DNA of 64,000 nucleotides from Candidatus Sumerlaeia bacterium (lineage in GTDB: Bacteria > Sumerlaeota > Sumerlaeia > SLMS01 > JAHLLQ01). The DNA is taken from positions 4,316 through 68,315 of the forward strand of contig JANQSL010000053.1 in NCBI GenBank assembly GCA_028284075.1. Reading direction: 5' to 3'. The notes below the pieces were generated by a model. It was not told the origin of the DNA and did no database searches. It worked only from the letters and a program-made list of their open reading frames with translations. The position numbers and the translations under genes were made by a program. Position 1 is the stretch's first letter; every line of letters starts with the position of its first letter. Of this stretch, positions 17,001-26,417 are shown in pieces.

Positions 17001-17903
17001 AGGAGGACTCCGGCGAAGGGTGAGTTTCAGATTCAGTCACTGGATGAGTTTCCCCTCCGATGGGCTCTGAACCCCAGACCCTATGCGAATACGCGGCAAG
17101 GGGTCCTTGGTTTTTTGCAGGCGACCCTGAACCGGCACTGGGCGTTTCATCGCTTTTACGACTCCGCGCATGTTGTCCGTGACATTGACGTTCCGGTGGC
17201 TATCGGGTCACGCCGGACGATCGTCGTTTTGTGTACACTGCTGGTCGTCGTTATTGTCGCGGGAGCATCCATTGGCTGGAACCGGTTTTCAACGGAGACC
17301 AACTACGAAAACTCAGTGAAGCTTGGCTATGGGTATTTGTTGGATGGGGACGTTGTGCGGGCGCAGACCGAATTCTACCGTGCCTCTCGTCTCAAGCCGG
17401 ACCGGACTGTCCCCCGTCTGTATCTCGCTCATGCAAGCAGTGCCGGAGGGATGAACAACACCGCGGAGAGAGCTTATCGAAAAGCTGCTTCACTGTCACT
17501 TCAGCTGGTGGAGGTCTACAACGACCATGGCAACTTTCTCCAGCGGCAGGGAAGAATTAATGAGGCGGTGCGGCAGTATATGAAGGCGCTTGAGCTGGAG
17601 CCTGGAAATGCGGACGTTCTTAATAATCTGGGCTCGGCTCTGCTGAAGCTGGGCAAACATGACGAGGCTTCTGAGCGCCTTGAAAAATCCGTCGCGCTCC
17701 GGAGGCGCCATCCCCGTGCCTGGACAACACTGGGGCTTGCCTATGAAGGAATGGGCCGATTCGATGACGCTCGAGGAGCTTACGAGAGGGCTGTTGAAGT
17801 GGCTCCGGACGCGGAGTACACGCAGGTTGCGAGAGATCGTTTGAAGGAGGAATCGATCGAGGAACTCAACAAGCCCATCGTGCTGGATCCGGACCGTGTC
17901 TGA
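14088..17903 (+). CDS. Large (about 1270 aa) envelope-spanning TPR protein: signal peptide, N-terminal beta module, helical/TPR region, TM helix, double CxxC zinc ribbon, polytopic TM block, C-terminal TPR repeats
   Basis: Start at MMQRRRF with AGGAGG 6 nt upstream. Hydrophobic stretches LSLLVVLGLPVLVVLGLVGVGAW and several more between aa 800 and 1000. Zinc ribbon CGICGVPMKEGELVCPNCG. C-terminal TPR consensus (AYSLLADLYERVNRREEAAKCYREIL...; NNLGSALLKLGKHDEASERLEKSVAL...; WTTLGLAYEGMGRFDDARGAYERAVEVAP). The N-terminal module DSIRMKNGNFVEGRIVEEDDERIIIDTGG is shared with the 42009 gene. Confidence 0.7.
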   Translation: MMQRRRFVFFLLVLVSGFAGVGHADSIRMKNGNFVEGRIVEEDDERIIIDTGGVKLTIRQDEIERLERNIPVQFLQNNAEKGLNRAASLMEMGRSEEARLLLDGILLEFDKVEEQYKGEDAFPQTLEDLRSRMRQLQRSALPPDPSMEQAERLFEQALDEIDHIRYEEAFPLLEQAVALVPGRSDIRLRLAETAERTDRPRVAIEAYQKIVRDQPNVYYEQVSLQLLKLLEARAEQLMKERRMSAAVAAYREILLLKGEKEDDAADLTEYLARKTRQEAQPEDEVFMEVYRYADSNDLVDLAFAAVTKAADLRPDDHEIQSLRKQTGFLAQLKEYVEDGNLEAAVEVMRDAREELQDTTDFAEKAQRVTEGIERALDAERLIAEAQEAFDKEDYSHAAELAERVATDYSELASAEQARALLSNIEFEKPMKEGLAEGIAHIEERRYEEAERVLEGLKERPGFDGSRYRPEIESLLRSVPDEREASRLYDLAGVLIEREAFQEAMRELEALVSRYPDTAAGDKAQRWLTKYRSRITMDALKTRQLDSNSFLAFADPSLWRATEHGGSLQTRKVSPVPGEAKTEAWNKFNELHELDGLSHQEERLSLLVVLGLPVLVVLGLVGVGAWKLIAPGRGRLPHEAVNSEELTECGICGVPMKEGELVCPNCGESVGEDEITDERRTSSIKKANFDPWDIRVRDASANEFESHFQKAKDLAETNDTEAAIEACRLALHEDPLRKNAYSLLADLYERVNRREEAAKCYREILLIDPADVETRRKIEATLSLTDKPLEMIRVITGVSVTLWLVVYLVAVGIDPGGWFVRFGLMLIGTAITIFGWVFVQKRHRPLVHAHQRPEIRGHRPLPESRLSFRDQHRQAKHIAEGIKVHTGIDVPVLSPTRVVAVAVLSIVFFGALLYVAWLNNTWFLMAIWPVVTVLLYFLLEVFPRAQTAHALLRHFYEETLSPWVDPHRPFNPRRTPAKGEFQIQSLDEFPLRWALNPRPYANTRQGVLGFLQATLNRHWAFHRFYDSAHVVRDIDVPVAIGSRRTIVVLCTLLVVVIVAGASIGWNRFSTETNYENSVKLGYGYLLDGDVVRAQTEFYRASRLKPDRTVPRLYLAHASSAGGMNNTAERAYRKAASLSLQLVEVYNDHGNFLQRQGRINEAVRQYMKALELEPGNADVLNNLGSALLKLGKHDEASERLEKSVALRRRHPRAWTTLGLAYEGMGRFDDARGAYERAVEVAPDAEYTQVARDRLKEESIEELNKPIVLDPDRV

Positions 17904-17951
17904 TGACCGGTTGACACTGTCCTGTCTTGCGCCGGACTTCGATTCGGTCTT

Positions 17952-19082
17952 ATGCGTGTCCTTTACCTCAGTCCCTCGAACCGCCTGCTTGGTGCTCGCA
18001 AGAGCCTGATCGATCTGGTGACCGCCATTCAACGGATCGGCGTTGAGGCGATGGTGGTTTGTCCCGGTGATGGCGATCTGGCGCGGGAGTTAAGGTCCCT
18101 GGATGTTGAGACACGCAAGGTGCGCCATTATCCCTGGCGAAAAGCCATCGGTCACTTGCAGGCTCGTTTTCTTCAACTCCCGGAGCTTCGGCGAATCGTG
18201 CAGGACTTTCGTCCTGATGTGATTCATGCGAACGAGTATCATATCGTTCCGCAGGGCGTTGAGTGTGCCGCGGGCCGCCAGCGTGTTCCCACTGCCGTTC
18301 ATGTTCGAAATCTGCCGGCTCCATCGCATCTGAGAAAGTACCGGCTGGATGAATGCGATGCGGTCATCACTGTGTCGGGTGCTTTGAAAGACTACTTTGC
18401 GGGGCGTGTGACTGAATCGAAGGTCACGCTGGTTCACAACGGAATCGATCTCTCCCGCTTTCATACAACGGACCGGAGACGGGTTCCAATAGACCGGACG
18501 TCCGGCTGGCCGGAGAAGGCTGTGGTGTTTGGTCTTCTCGGCCTTGTCAACGAGCGGAAGAATCAGAAAATTGCTCTGGAGGCGCTGCGCAGGGCTGTGA
18601 GCCTTGGAACGGATGCGCGTTTGCTTCTCGCTGGAGATGCCTTCAAGTCGTCTGTTCAGTACGGCGAAGAGTTGAGAGAATTGATTGTGAAGCTTGGTCT
18701 TGAGGATCGGGTTGTCTGGCTTCCCTTTCAGGATGAGGTATTGCCGTTGTACCGGGCGGTTGATGTAAACCTGCTGATTTCCCGTGAGGAAGGATTTGGA
18801 CGAACGATTATTGAGGCGGGGGCGATGGGGCGGCCAAGCATCGGCACCGATGTCGGAGGTATCCCGGACATTATTGTTCCCGGTGAAACGGGCTTTCTTG
18901 TTCCGGTGAACGATGCGGAATCGCTGGCAGGAGCAATGGGCGAGATGTCCGACAAGGCAAAGGCGGATGCCATGGGAATGAGTGCGGCGCAGCGTGCATT
19001 GAACCACTTCAGCATTGAATCGACCGCCCGCGGCGTCATGGGTGTCTACGAGCGCATTGCGGGTCAGGAGGCCACCGTGTAG
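17952..19082 (+). CDS. Glycosyltransferase family 4 (GT-B, retaining)
   Basis: C-terminal GT1/GT4 signature EGFGRTIIEAGAMGRPSIGTDVGGIPDIIVPGETGFLV. Length 376 aa. Confidence 0.85.
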   Translation: MRVLYLSPSNRLLGARKSLIDLVTAIQRIGVEAMVVCPGDGDLARELRSLDVETRKVRHYPWRKAIGHLQARFLQLPELRRIVQDFRPDVIHANEYHIVPQGVECAAGRQRVPTAVHVRNLPAPSHLRKYRLDECDAVITVSGALKDYFAGRVTESKVTLVHNGIDLSRFHTTDRRRVPIDRTSGWPEKAVVFGLLGLVNERKNQKIALEALRRAVSLGTDARLLLAGDAFKSSVQYGEELRELIVKLGLEDRVVWLPFQDEVLPLYRAVDVNLLISREEGFGRTIIEAGAMGRPSIGTDVGGIPDIIVPGETGFLVPVNDAESLAGAMGEMSDKAKADAMGMSAAQRALNHFSIESTARGVMGVYERIAGQEATV

Positions 19083-20473
19083 GTTTCGCCGCGTTCGATG
19101 CTTGTGACTTCGACCCCGAGCGACTCCCTCAGCCATGAGGCAAAAGGCTCCTGTTGCTCTTTTTCGCCGTGAACAAGGAAAACACGCTTCAGTTTGTTTC
19201 CGCGTTCCTTCACCCGAAAGGCATATTCTCTCAGTTCGTTTTGATCCGCGTGGGCGGAGAATCCGTCCATGACGGCGACTTCGGCTCGGAGTGAATGCTC
19301 TTCGCCGAAGATTCGCACGGTTTTCCGTTTTTCGACGATACGGCGACCCAGAGTGTGCTCCGCCTGGAATCCCACGATCAGCACGCAATTCTTCGGATCC
19401 TGAATCGAATTGCGCAGATGATGAAGAATGCGGCCAGCCTCGCACATACCCGACGCGGAAATAATGACGGCCGGTTTGTTGAGTTCGTTGAGAGCCTTGC
19501 TTTCGTCGACGTTCTGCGTATAGATCAACGTTTCAAATCCGAAGACGTTGGGGTCTTTCCGCAGGATGTCCCGAACGTCTCGGTTGAAACACTCCGGATG
19601 AGCGACAAACACACGGGTCACGTTGTTGCTGAGAGGGCTGTCGACGTAAACATCCATGCGTGGAAGCTCACCGTCGTTCCAGAGGTTGTTCAATTGATAG
19701 ACAATTTCCTGAGTGCGGCCCACGCTGAAGGCGGGGATGATAATTTTTCCCCTTCGCTGATAGACACGTTTGACAAGGTCACGAAGGCGGTTGCGGAGAT
19801 CCTTGACGGGTTCGTGGTCCCGTGCGCCATAGGTGGACTCCATGATCAGGTAGTCCGCATCGTCCGGTATTTCCGGATCACGAAGAATGGAATTTTGTCC
19901 GCGCCCGATGTCTCCACTGAAAACGAAACGGGTTTCACCGCCTTTGTGGCGAATATCGAGCTGAGCCTGGGCGGAGCCGAGAATGTGTCCGGCTTCAAGG
20001 AACCGGAGAGAAACGCCCGGTGCGATTTGCGACGGCCGATAGTAATTAATGGACTGAAACAGGGGTAAAACGGAATCAACATCCTGCATTGTATACAGAG
20101 GATCAAGAGCGGGCTCGCCTTTGCGGCGCCGGATCTTGTTCACGAAGTATGTGTCCTTCTCCTGGATATGGGCGGAATCCATCAGGAGTATTCTCGTGAG
20201 ATCCTCTGTCGCGTTTGTACAATGGATGGGTCCCGTATAGCCCGCTTTGACGAATGTCGGAATGTTTCCACAGTGGTCGATGTGGGCATGCGAGAGGACC
20301 ATGCAATCGACGGATTCCGCCGGACAGGGAAAGTTGCTGTTATATTCGCGGGCAACAGAGCGCCTGCCCTGGAACAGGCCACAGTCCATAACAATGCGGC
20401 TGTCGTCAATATCGAGTAGATGGAACGAACCCGTCGTCGTTTTGGCCGCCCCCCAGCCGGTCAGTTTGATCAT
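19064..20473 (-). CDS. MBL-fold metallo-hydrolase of the beta-CASP family (RNase J / CPSF-like RNA-metabolising nuclease)
   Basis: Start moved to MIKLTGWGAAKTTTGS with GGAG 9 nt upstream. HAHIDHCG metallo-beta-lactamase motif. Beta-CASP region with a C-terminal RMMBL-like segment (MDGFSAHAD). Convergent 19-bp overlap with the GT4 gene. Confidence 0.8.
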   Translation of the reverse strand: MIKLTGWGAAKTTTGSFHLLDIDDSRIVMDCGLFQGRRSVAREYNSNFPCPAESVDCMVLSHAHIDHCGNIPTFVKAGYTGPIHCTNATEDLTRILLMDSAHIQEKDTYFVNKIRRRKGEPALDPLYTMQDVDSVLPLFQSINYYRPSQIAPGVSLRFLEAGHILGSAQAQLDIRHKGGETRFVFSGDIGRGQNSILRDPEIPDDADYLIMESTYGARDHEPVKDLRNRLRDLVKRVYQRRGKIIIPAFSVGRTQEIVYQLNNLWNDGELPRMDVYVDSPLSNNVTRVFVAHPECFNRDVRDILRKDPNVFGFETLIYTQNVDESKALNELNKPAVIISASGMCEAGRILHHLRNSIQDPKNCVLIVGFQAEHTLGRRIVEKRKTVRIFGEEHSLRAEVAVMDGFSAHADQNELREYAFRVKERGNKLKRVFLVHGEKEQQEPFASWLRESLGVEVTSIERGETYTVAS

Positions 20474-20594
20474 GCCGAACGCTCCGCAAAAATGAGTTGA
20501 ATTCACTCTGGCTTTCCCATTGCCGCATCCATCGGCCAGCGGGGCAAATCAAAGGAGTTCGCCATCGGCGGACGAATGACAAGAGGGACTGCTC

Positions 20595-22862
20595 ATGACA
20601 ACCTGCCGGTTCACGATTCTGGCGATTCTGTTGAACGCTGCCGCGTTCGCTCAAGATTCCATCGATTTTCGCCTCGACGGTCCACATATGCTGGAAGCTC
20701 ACCGCCGTGCCGCAAACCTGATTGCAGCGGATTTGAATTCCGACGGTCTCGTGGATCTGTGTGCGATTTCCAACGATGAAGCGCTGCTGGACGTGTGGTA
20801 TCGTCTCAAGAAGGCGGATGATGAAGAGAAGCTCTGGAGGCTGGAGGAGTACACGCTGGACCGGACGGTGCTGGACGTTGTCGCAATGGATGAGAATGGG
20901 GACGGTCTGACAGACCTGGTGATGGCGGTGGCAGGCTCGGAGCTTGCCGTAATGCGGCAAACGGACAAGGGACGTCTTCAGAAGGCGCCGGATGTGGCGA
21001 TACGTGGAGAGCGCCTTGTCGCAGGAGATCTGACAGGTGACGGGAGAGAGGATTTGCTTGTCGTTGAAGGGAAAAAGTTTTCAGTTCTGGAGGGGTCGGA
21101 CGAGGGGCTTGGTTCGGAAGCGAGCCTTGTTTTCTTCGCTGCCAATGCTCCAACATCAGACCCGCAGGTGCTTGATCTGAACGGAGACGGTCAAAACGAC
21201 CTGATGTACCTGACGGCTGAGACTCGGGAAGGTGTTGCTGTTCGCATTCAGGGGGAAGACGGGGGATTCCCCGTTGAGTTGAATCTGAGGACGGGCGGGC
21301 TACGCTACGCGACTGCCATTGCCCGGTCCGGAGGCAGCGACGCTGTGGCTACCATCAGTGCCGCAACGCGTCAGTTGGTTGTTCACACACTCGCTGGAAG
21401 TGGCGGAAATGGAGAGCGATGGCATCCATCGATTCCCAGTGCCGTGGCTTTTGATCCGGATCGCTGGGATGAGGAAACGAGATCCACGGTTGCCGACGTG
21501 GATGGAGACGGAAAGATGGATATCGTTGCGACAGTTCCGGAATCGGCGGTTCTGAGAATACTTCTGCAGACATCTTCCGGAACGCTGAAGCCGGTTGATG
21601 TTCCGTCCTTGAAGGACATTCGGCAGGTTCTGGCATGGCCCGCGAATTTCGGAAAGCCGTCGCCACTGATCATTTTGAGCGGAGACGAGAAGGTCGTTGG
21701 CGTTTCCACGCACAACAGGAATCGTCCCGACGAGTTTCTCCCCTTTCCGTCTCCTGTTTCCGTGGAGGGGGAGCCGCTGGCAATTGTGGGGGTAGGTTCG
21801 GAGGGCAACTCCGGTCTGGAGCTTCTGATTGCGGAGAAAGGGACGGAGGGCCCGGTGACTCTGAACCGGTATTCATCCTTCAATCCCGCCGAAGCGGAAG
21901 CGGGTGATGGCATGGCAGTCTGGACCTTCGAGGAGAGCCGGGAGGAACCGCAGGCCATGCAGGCGGCGGACATCAATCGCGACGGCCTCGACGATGTGTT
22001 CGTTTTCTTCGAGTATGATCGTCCTCTGGTGTTGTTGCAGAGTGAAGACGGAAAGTTCGAGGCTGCCCGCAACGTGGGGCTGATCGACGGCATGCTGGAT
22101 GGAGCCACTCCTGCACGCCTAGGAAGTGCCCGTCTTGATGACCGGGAAGGCTGGAACGTTTTTGTTGTGAAGAGCGACTTTGTCAGGACGTTTCATCTCG
22201 ATGCCGATGGTTCACCTGAAATTGGCACACAGCTGAACGCTCCAACAGGACGTTCACGCTTCCGTTCCGTGGCGGCAGGGCGTTTCCGTGATGATAAAGT
22301 GGACGTTGCCGTTCTCGACGGACAAGGGCCCGCTCTGCATGTTTTCGGGAGAGACGGATCGTCGGGCGTTTATGAGTTGCTCGAAACCGTGGAGCTTGTG
22401 GCTGCGGACTATCAAGGCCTGCATGCACTTGATCTTGAAGGCGATGGCCGGGACGATTTGGTGGCTGTGGCGCCTGATCGCGCAATTATCGTGCGTGGAA
22501 GTCAGTCTGGTGAGACTCTTGAGTCGGTGGTAACGCATCGGACAGACATTGAAGATGGTGGCTACGGAGCACTTCACCGTATTGACCTGATCGGTGATTC
22601 GGCGGAAGAGCTGATTGCTTTGGAGATGAAAGAAAATCGTCTCGAATTCATGAGTGTCGATGATGTCTCGGGGAACGGGACGGAGCTGAATCTGTTCTAT
22701 CACTTTCGCGTGTTCGACAGTGAGTCTTCCATCGCGCGGCGAGTGAATCTGGATGCCCCGCCGGAGCCGCGAGAGATTTATGCCGCGGATCTGAACGGTG
22801 ACGGCAGGAAGGATATCGCCGCTCTGGTTCATGACTTCGTCATTGTTTACCATCAGCGGTAA
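20595..22862 (+). CDS. Secreted FG-GAP/VCBS-repeat (beta-propeller) protein
   Basis: Signal peptide. Recurrent Ca-binding-loop-like repeats ADLNSDGLVDL, DENGDGLTDLVMA, DLNGDGQNDLMY, DVDGDGKMDIVA, DINRDGLDDVFV, DLEGDGRDDLVAV, ADLNGDGRKDIAAL. Confidence 0.7.
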   Translation: MTTCRFTILAILLNAAAFAQDSIDFRLDGPHMLEAHRRAANLIAADLNSDGLVDLCAISNDEALLDVWYRLKKADDEEKLWRLEEYTLDRTVLDVVAMDENGDGLTDLVMAVAGSELAVMRQTDKGRLQKAPDVAIRGERLVAGDLTGDGREDLLVVEGKKFSVLEGSDEGLGSEASLVFFAANAPTSDPQVLDLNGDGQNDLMYLTAETREGVAVRIQGEDGGFPVELNLRTGGLRYATAIARSGGSDAVATISAATRQLVVHTLAGSGGNGERWHPSIPSAVAFDPDRWDEETRSTVADVDGDGKMDIVATVPESAVLRILLQTSSGTLKPVDVPSLKDIRQVLAWPANFGKPSPLIILSGDEKVVGVSTHNRNRPDEFLPFPSPVSVEGEPLAIVGVGSEGNSGLELLIAEKGTEGPVTLNRYSSFNPAEAEAGDGMAVWTFEESREEPQAMQAADINRDGLDDVFVFFEYDRPLVLLQSEDGKFEAARNVGLIDGMLDGATPARLGSARLDDREGWNVFVVKSDFVRTFHLDADGSPEIGTQLNAPTGRSRFRSVAAGRFRDDKVDVAVLDGQGPALHVFGRDGSSGVYELLETVELVAADYQGLHALDLEGDGRDDLVAVAPDRAIIVRGSQSGETLESVVTHRTDIEDGGYGALHRIDLIGDSAEELIALEMKENRLEFMSVDDVSGNGTELNLFYHFRVFDSESSIARRVNLDAPPEPREIYAADLNGDGRKDIAALVHDFVIVYHQR

Positions 22863-22863
22863 G

Positions 22864-24798
22864 TCAGGATCGGTTCAGTTTTTTTACAAGGAAACGTAAC
22901 GGGTTGATGGCTTTCAGCAACGACTCCGTTGCGGGCGGGGGAGTTCCACAGATCAGGTCGGCGATAATCTCGCCCGCCAGCGGAGCGGTCGTTAGTCCGT
23001 GAGATGCATGGCCTGTCGAAACATAGAGACCGGATGTCCACCAGGATTCACTCCATGATGGAGAGATGCCTCCATATCGAGTTCCGGAATGAGCGTCGGC
23101 AAACGCATTGAAGTCAGGTGTTTTTCCGACGATTGGAAGTCGGTCCGGTGCAGAGCTGCGAAACGAAACACGGCCGGGCCAGGGAGCGGAGCTGTCAAAT
23201 GTGAAGTTTGGAACGAGCCTCTGAAGTTTGCTGAGTATGGCGTTCTGAGTTTGTTGGTCGAGATCGGTGGAAAGGTTTCCATGTTCAAAGCTGGAGCCCA
23301 CAAGGAATCCCCCGTTGGCAGTGGGAGCAACATATCCATCACCGCAAAGAATGGTTCTTAACCCGCTGAGAACAGGGTGGTCTTCGAGGTGAACGACTTG
23401 CCCTCGCACGGCTTCGAGAGGCAGCCAGTCGGTTGCATGGAAACGCAGGCATTCATTTGAGGCGGCCATTACGACGGCATTGGGTGAGAACGCCGGCTTG
23501 CCATTGTTTTCAATTGTCCAGCCGGTCTCTCCTCGCCGGATAGCCGTGGCCTCGATGCGATGGACGAACTCGATGTTCGTTGAATTGGGATCTGCCAGCA
23601 CGTGGCAAAATGCTCGCGGAGAGAGACTGCCTCCGGTCGGAAAGAACAGGGCGGGCTGGGACACTTCGACTCCCGCGCAGTCCGATGCCTGCGACACGGA
23701 AAGCGAGGACGCAAAATCCCGGTCGAAACCCGTTGCCGAGATGCTTTCATGAAGTGCCGCGAGGCGTGCGCTGCCGGCAAAGCGCAGCATCCCTTTTCCC
23801 TGCCAGTGACACTCGTGACCGCGGGATTCGAGTCGCCGCGCGAGGCTCCGGGTGTAGGCGAATCCGCTGAGAGAGAAACGGGTGCGTTCATCGGGAACGC
23901 GTGCCATCCAGGGCATAATGACTCCCGCTTCGTTTCCGGATGCACCGGAAGCAAGGGTCGATTCCCGGTCGATGAGGGTGACATTTACACCGCGTCTCGC
24001 GAGAGAATATGCCGCAGAGCACCCTGCCAGTCCTGCGCCTACAACGGCAACTCGCGAAGGTATGAAATATTCCGGCCGTGGTGAAGGCCCATTCACACAA
24101 CCACGAAGTATTTCGCTTTTCGGAGTAAAACCGGAGCATGTGTCGATGTGGAAGCCGGACCTGCCCGCTGCGGATCGAAATGGCGCTGTGGCGACGGGTG
24201 TGGAGAATGTTGTGTCGCCATGAGAAAGGCGGCGAATGGTGTGGAGAATGTTTCGTATCGGTGTTTCGGCTTCAAAGGAAGAGGGAGAAACATCGATGAA
24301 CCACGCGTCAGCGGTGAACCGCATTTCAGCCGCGTGTTCTCTAAAGTCACCATAGGCAAGAGTTAGAATGATTTGCTCTTCATCGAACCATAGTCGATGA
24401 ATTCCGGCAGAGGGATGAGGCATTTCATTCACGAGCCGATCACGAAGCTCGCCCAGTTCACTGAAGGGTCTTAGTGCCCTTCCCATGTCCCGCGCCCGCA
24501 GCGGCCTTTGCTCGAATGCCACATAGGAGAGAAGGCCGGGCCGCCTGTCGCGACGCCATGAATCGGCAGCGGCAAGAAAAGAAAGTCCTGATCCGAAACC
24601 AAGTTCCGCAACAACGAACGCCCCACCACTGCTCCAGCGTTGTTGCAGTCGATTGGCGTTTACGAAGACATGGCGTTTCTCATCAAGGCCGTCGACACTC
24701 GAGAAGTAGAGATCTCCCCGGTCACGGGAAACCGGTACATTGTCGTGCCAGTCAAGTTCAGCCCAGGGCAAAGCGGCCGGGCGGATTCCGGCCGACAT
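22864..24798 (-). CDS. mnmC: Bifunctional tRNA 5-methylaminomethyl-2-thiouridine biosynthesis protein MnmC (MnmD methyltransferase-like N-domain plus FAD-dependent oxidoreductase C-domain)
   Basis: N-terminal DUF752/MnmD-like ELGFGSGLSFL. C-terminal DAO-type FAD fold VAVVGAGLAGCSAAYSLARRG. Length 644 aa. Confidence 0.85.
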   Translation of the reverse strand: MSAGIRPAALPWAELDWHDNVPVSRDRGDLYFSSVDGLDEKRHVFVNANRLQQRWSSGGAFVVAELGFGSGLSFLAAADSWRRDRRPGLLSYVAFEQRPLRARDMGRALRPFSELGELRDRLVNEMPHPSAGIHRLWFDEEQIILTLAYGDFREHAAEMRFTADAWFIDVSPSSFEAETPIRNILHTIRRLSHGDTTFSTPVATAPFRSAAGRSGFHIDTCSGFTPKSEILRGCVNGPSPRPEYFIPSRVAVVGAGLAGCSAAYSLARRGVNVTLIDRESTLASGASGNEAGVIMPWMARVPDERTRFSLSGFAYTRSLARRLESRGHECHWQGKGMLRFAGSARLAALHESISATGFDRDFASSLSVSQASDCAGVEVSQPALFFPTGGSLSPRAFCHVLADPNSTNIEFVHRIEATAIRRGETGWTIENNGKPAFSPNAVVMAASNECLRFHATDWLPLEAVRGQVVHLEDHPVLSGLRTILCGDGYVAPTANGGFLVGSSFEHGNLSTDLDQQTQNAILSKLQRLVPNFTFDSSAPWPGRVSFRSSAPDRLPIVGKTPDFNAFADAHSGTRYGGISPSWSESWWTSGLYVSTGHASHGLTTAPLAGEIIADLICGTPPPATESLLKAINPLRFLVKKLNRS

Positions 24799-25331
24799 TA
24801 AACGGCTTCAAGGACGAAGTCGATGTTTTGGTCGTCACCAATTTCATCGAGTCGCTGACGCAATCCACGGATGCCGACAGAGGAGGGAATGTCAATTTCA
24901 AGGCGGAGCTGGAAGACGGGAGATCCGGTGAAGGGGGCCGCATCCGTGGTGGTTTCCGCTTCAACGATGTTGATGGACTGGTCGCTTAACAGGCCGGTTA
25001 CACGGTGGACGATGCCGGGATGATCAAGGGCGGTTGCCTGAAGGCGGTAGCGAAGTGAGGGCTCCCGTGGGGTGGCTGCACTCTCTGTAACCTCGTGGAG
25101 AAGGACAGTCAGCTGCCTGTCTTCGAGGGATGCTTTGGCGCTTTCAAGTGTGGCGGGGAGTTGCGGACCACCACTGACAAGAATCAGTGTGGCAAAGTCA
25201 CCACCAAGACGCGCCATGCGGCTTTCCTCGATATTGCCGCCGTGTTCCAGAATCCATGCGGAAAGAGTCTGGACGATTCCCGGACGGTCCGGTCCGGCAG
25301 TGGTGAGAAGAACAAAGGAGCGGGAACTCAT
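24798..25331 (-). CDS. Tandem ACT-domain regulatory protein (GcvR-like)
   Basis: Start moved to MSSRSFVLLTTAGPDRPGIV with GGAGG about 8 nt upstream. Two ACT-like halves (second: LQATALDHPGIVHRVTGLL). Its stop overlaps the mnmC ATG by 1 nt (TAATG). Confidence 0.6.
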   Translation of the reverse strand: MSSRSFVLLTTAGPDRPGIVQTLSAWILEHGGNIEESRMARLGGDFATLILVSGGPQLPATLESAKASLEDRQLTVLLHEVTESAATPREPSLRYRLQATALDHPGIVHRVTGLLSDQSINIVEAETTTDAAPFTGSPVFQLRLEIDIPSSVGIRGLRQRLDEIGDDQNIDFVLEAV

Positions 25332-25351
25332 GATGTGAACCTCCGACCAAG

Positions 25352-26398
25352 CTATGCGGGTTCCTGCCGGGTGATGCAATGGATAGCTCCCAGTCCCCAG
25401 ACGAGATTCGTGCAGTCGATGGGAACGATGCGGCGACTCGGAAAGAGTCTCTGCATGATCGCAATGGCACGGCGATCGTTTTTGCAGCCATAGACCGGAA
25501 GCAGGACAGCCTTGTTCGCGATGAGAAAGTTGGCATAGCTGGCGGGAAGGCGCTGGCTGTCGTGATAAACGGCATCCGGCATGGGAAGCTCGACGACATG
25601 GAGTGGCCGACCGCTTTGATCGGTCATTTTTTGCAGCCTTTCAAGATTGGTGCGAAGCACATCATGGTTCTCATCAGCAGGGTTTTCCTCGACTGCGGTA
25701 ACGACCGTATCCGGGCTGACGAATCGTGTGATGTCGTCAATATGACCGTCTGTGTCATCCCCGGCGATGCCGTCGTTCAACCACAGGATTTTTGAAACAC
25801 CGAGATAGTCGCGCAGATACTGTTCGATCTCTGTGCGGCTCAAGTGCGGATTACGATTCGGATTCAGCAGGCAGGCTTCTGTCGTAAGAACGGTTCCGCA
25901 TCCATTGACGTCAATGCTGCCGCCCTCGAGCACGATGTCAGGACGCCAGTAGTTAAATCCAAGACGCTCCGCGACTTCGATTGCCATGCGATTGTCGTCT
26001 TCCCAGGGAGGGTATTTTTCACCCCAGGCGTTGTATTCCCATTTTACGATGCGGAGATCATGACCTTTCTTGACGAAACAGGGTCCATGGTCACGGGTCC
26101 AGGAATCGTTTGTTGGAATAACGTGAAGTTCGACATTATCGTTCCAGGCGTCGCCGTAACGAAGGGCATCCTCCGCCTCACGGCGTACCTCGTCATTAGG
26201 GACGCAGATACGGACCTTTTCGCACGAGACCAGTGCACGAACAATCTCGGTGTAAACGGAAGGAATCGCGGAGAGTTTGCCCGGCCAGGTTTCCGGATTG
26301 TGAGGCCACGACAGCCATGTCGCGGCGTGCGGTTCCCACTCGGCAGGCATGCGATAGCCAAGACGGGCAGGTGTGGGAGGCGCAGTCAGAGGTGTCAT
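25352..26398 (-). CDS. aguA: Agmatine deiminase
   Basis: MPAEWEPHAATWLSWPH N-terminal signature. C-terminal catalytic Cys context GAIHCITRQEP. Length 348 aa. Confidence 0.85.
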   Translation of the reverse strand: MTPLTAPPTPARLGYRMPAEWEPHAATWLSWPHNPETWPGKLSAIPSVYTEIVRALVSCEKVRICVPNDEVRREAEDALRYGDAWNDNVELHVIPTNDSWTRDHGPCFVKKGHDLRIVKWEYNAWGEKYPPWEDDNRMAIEVAERLGFNYWRPDIVLEGGSIDVNGCGTVLTTEACLLNPNRNPHLSRTEIEQYLRDYLGVSKILWLNDGIAGDDTDGHIDDITRFVSPDTVVTAVEENPADENHDVLRTNLERLQKMTDQSGRPLHVVELPMPDAVYHDSQRLPASYANFLIANKAVLLPVYGCKNDRRAIAIMQRLFPSRRIVPIDCTNLVWGLGAIHCITRQEPA

Positions 26399-26417
26399 GG
26401 AATAATGATGTGGAGAG

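Noticed and set aside
18090-19445. 451-aa minus-strand ORF
   Set aside because: It is antisense to the well-supported GT4 gene (17952..19082) and overlaps the beta-CASP gene. Its Arg-rich composition marks it as a GC-frame artefact.
21383-22108. 241-aa and other minus-strand ORFs within 20406..22853
   Set aside because: They lie antisense to the FG-GAP repeat protein gene, whose repeats give a clear coding signature on the plus strand.
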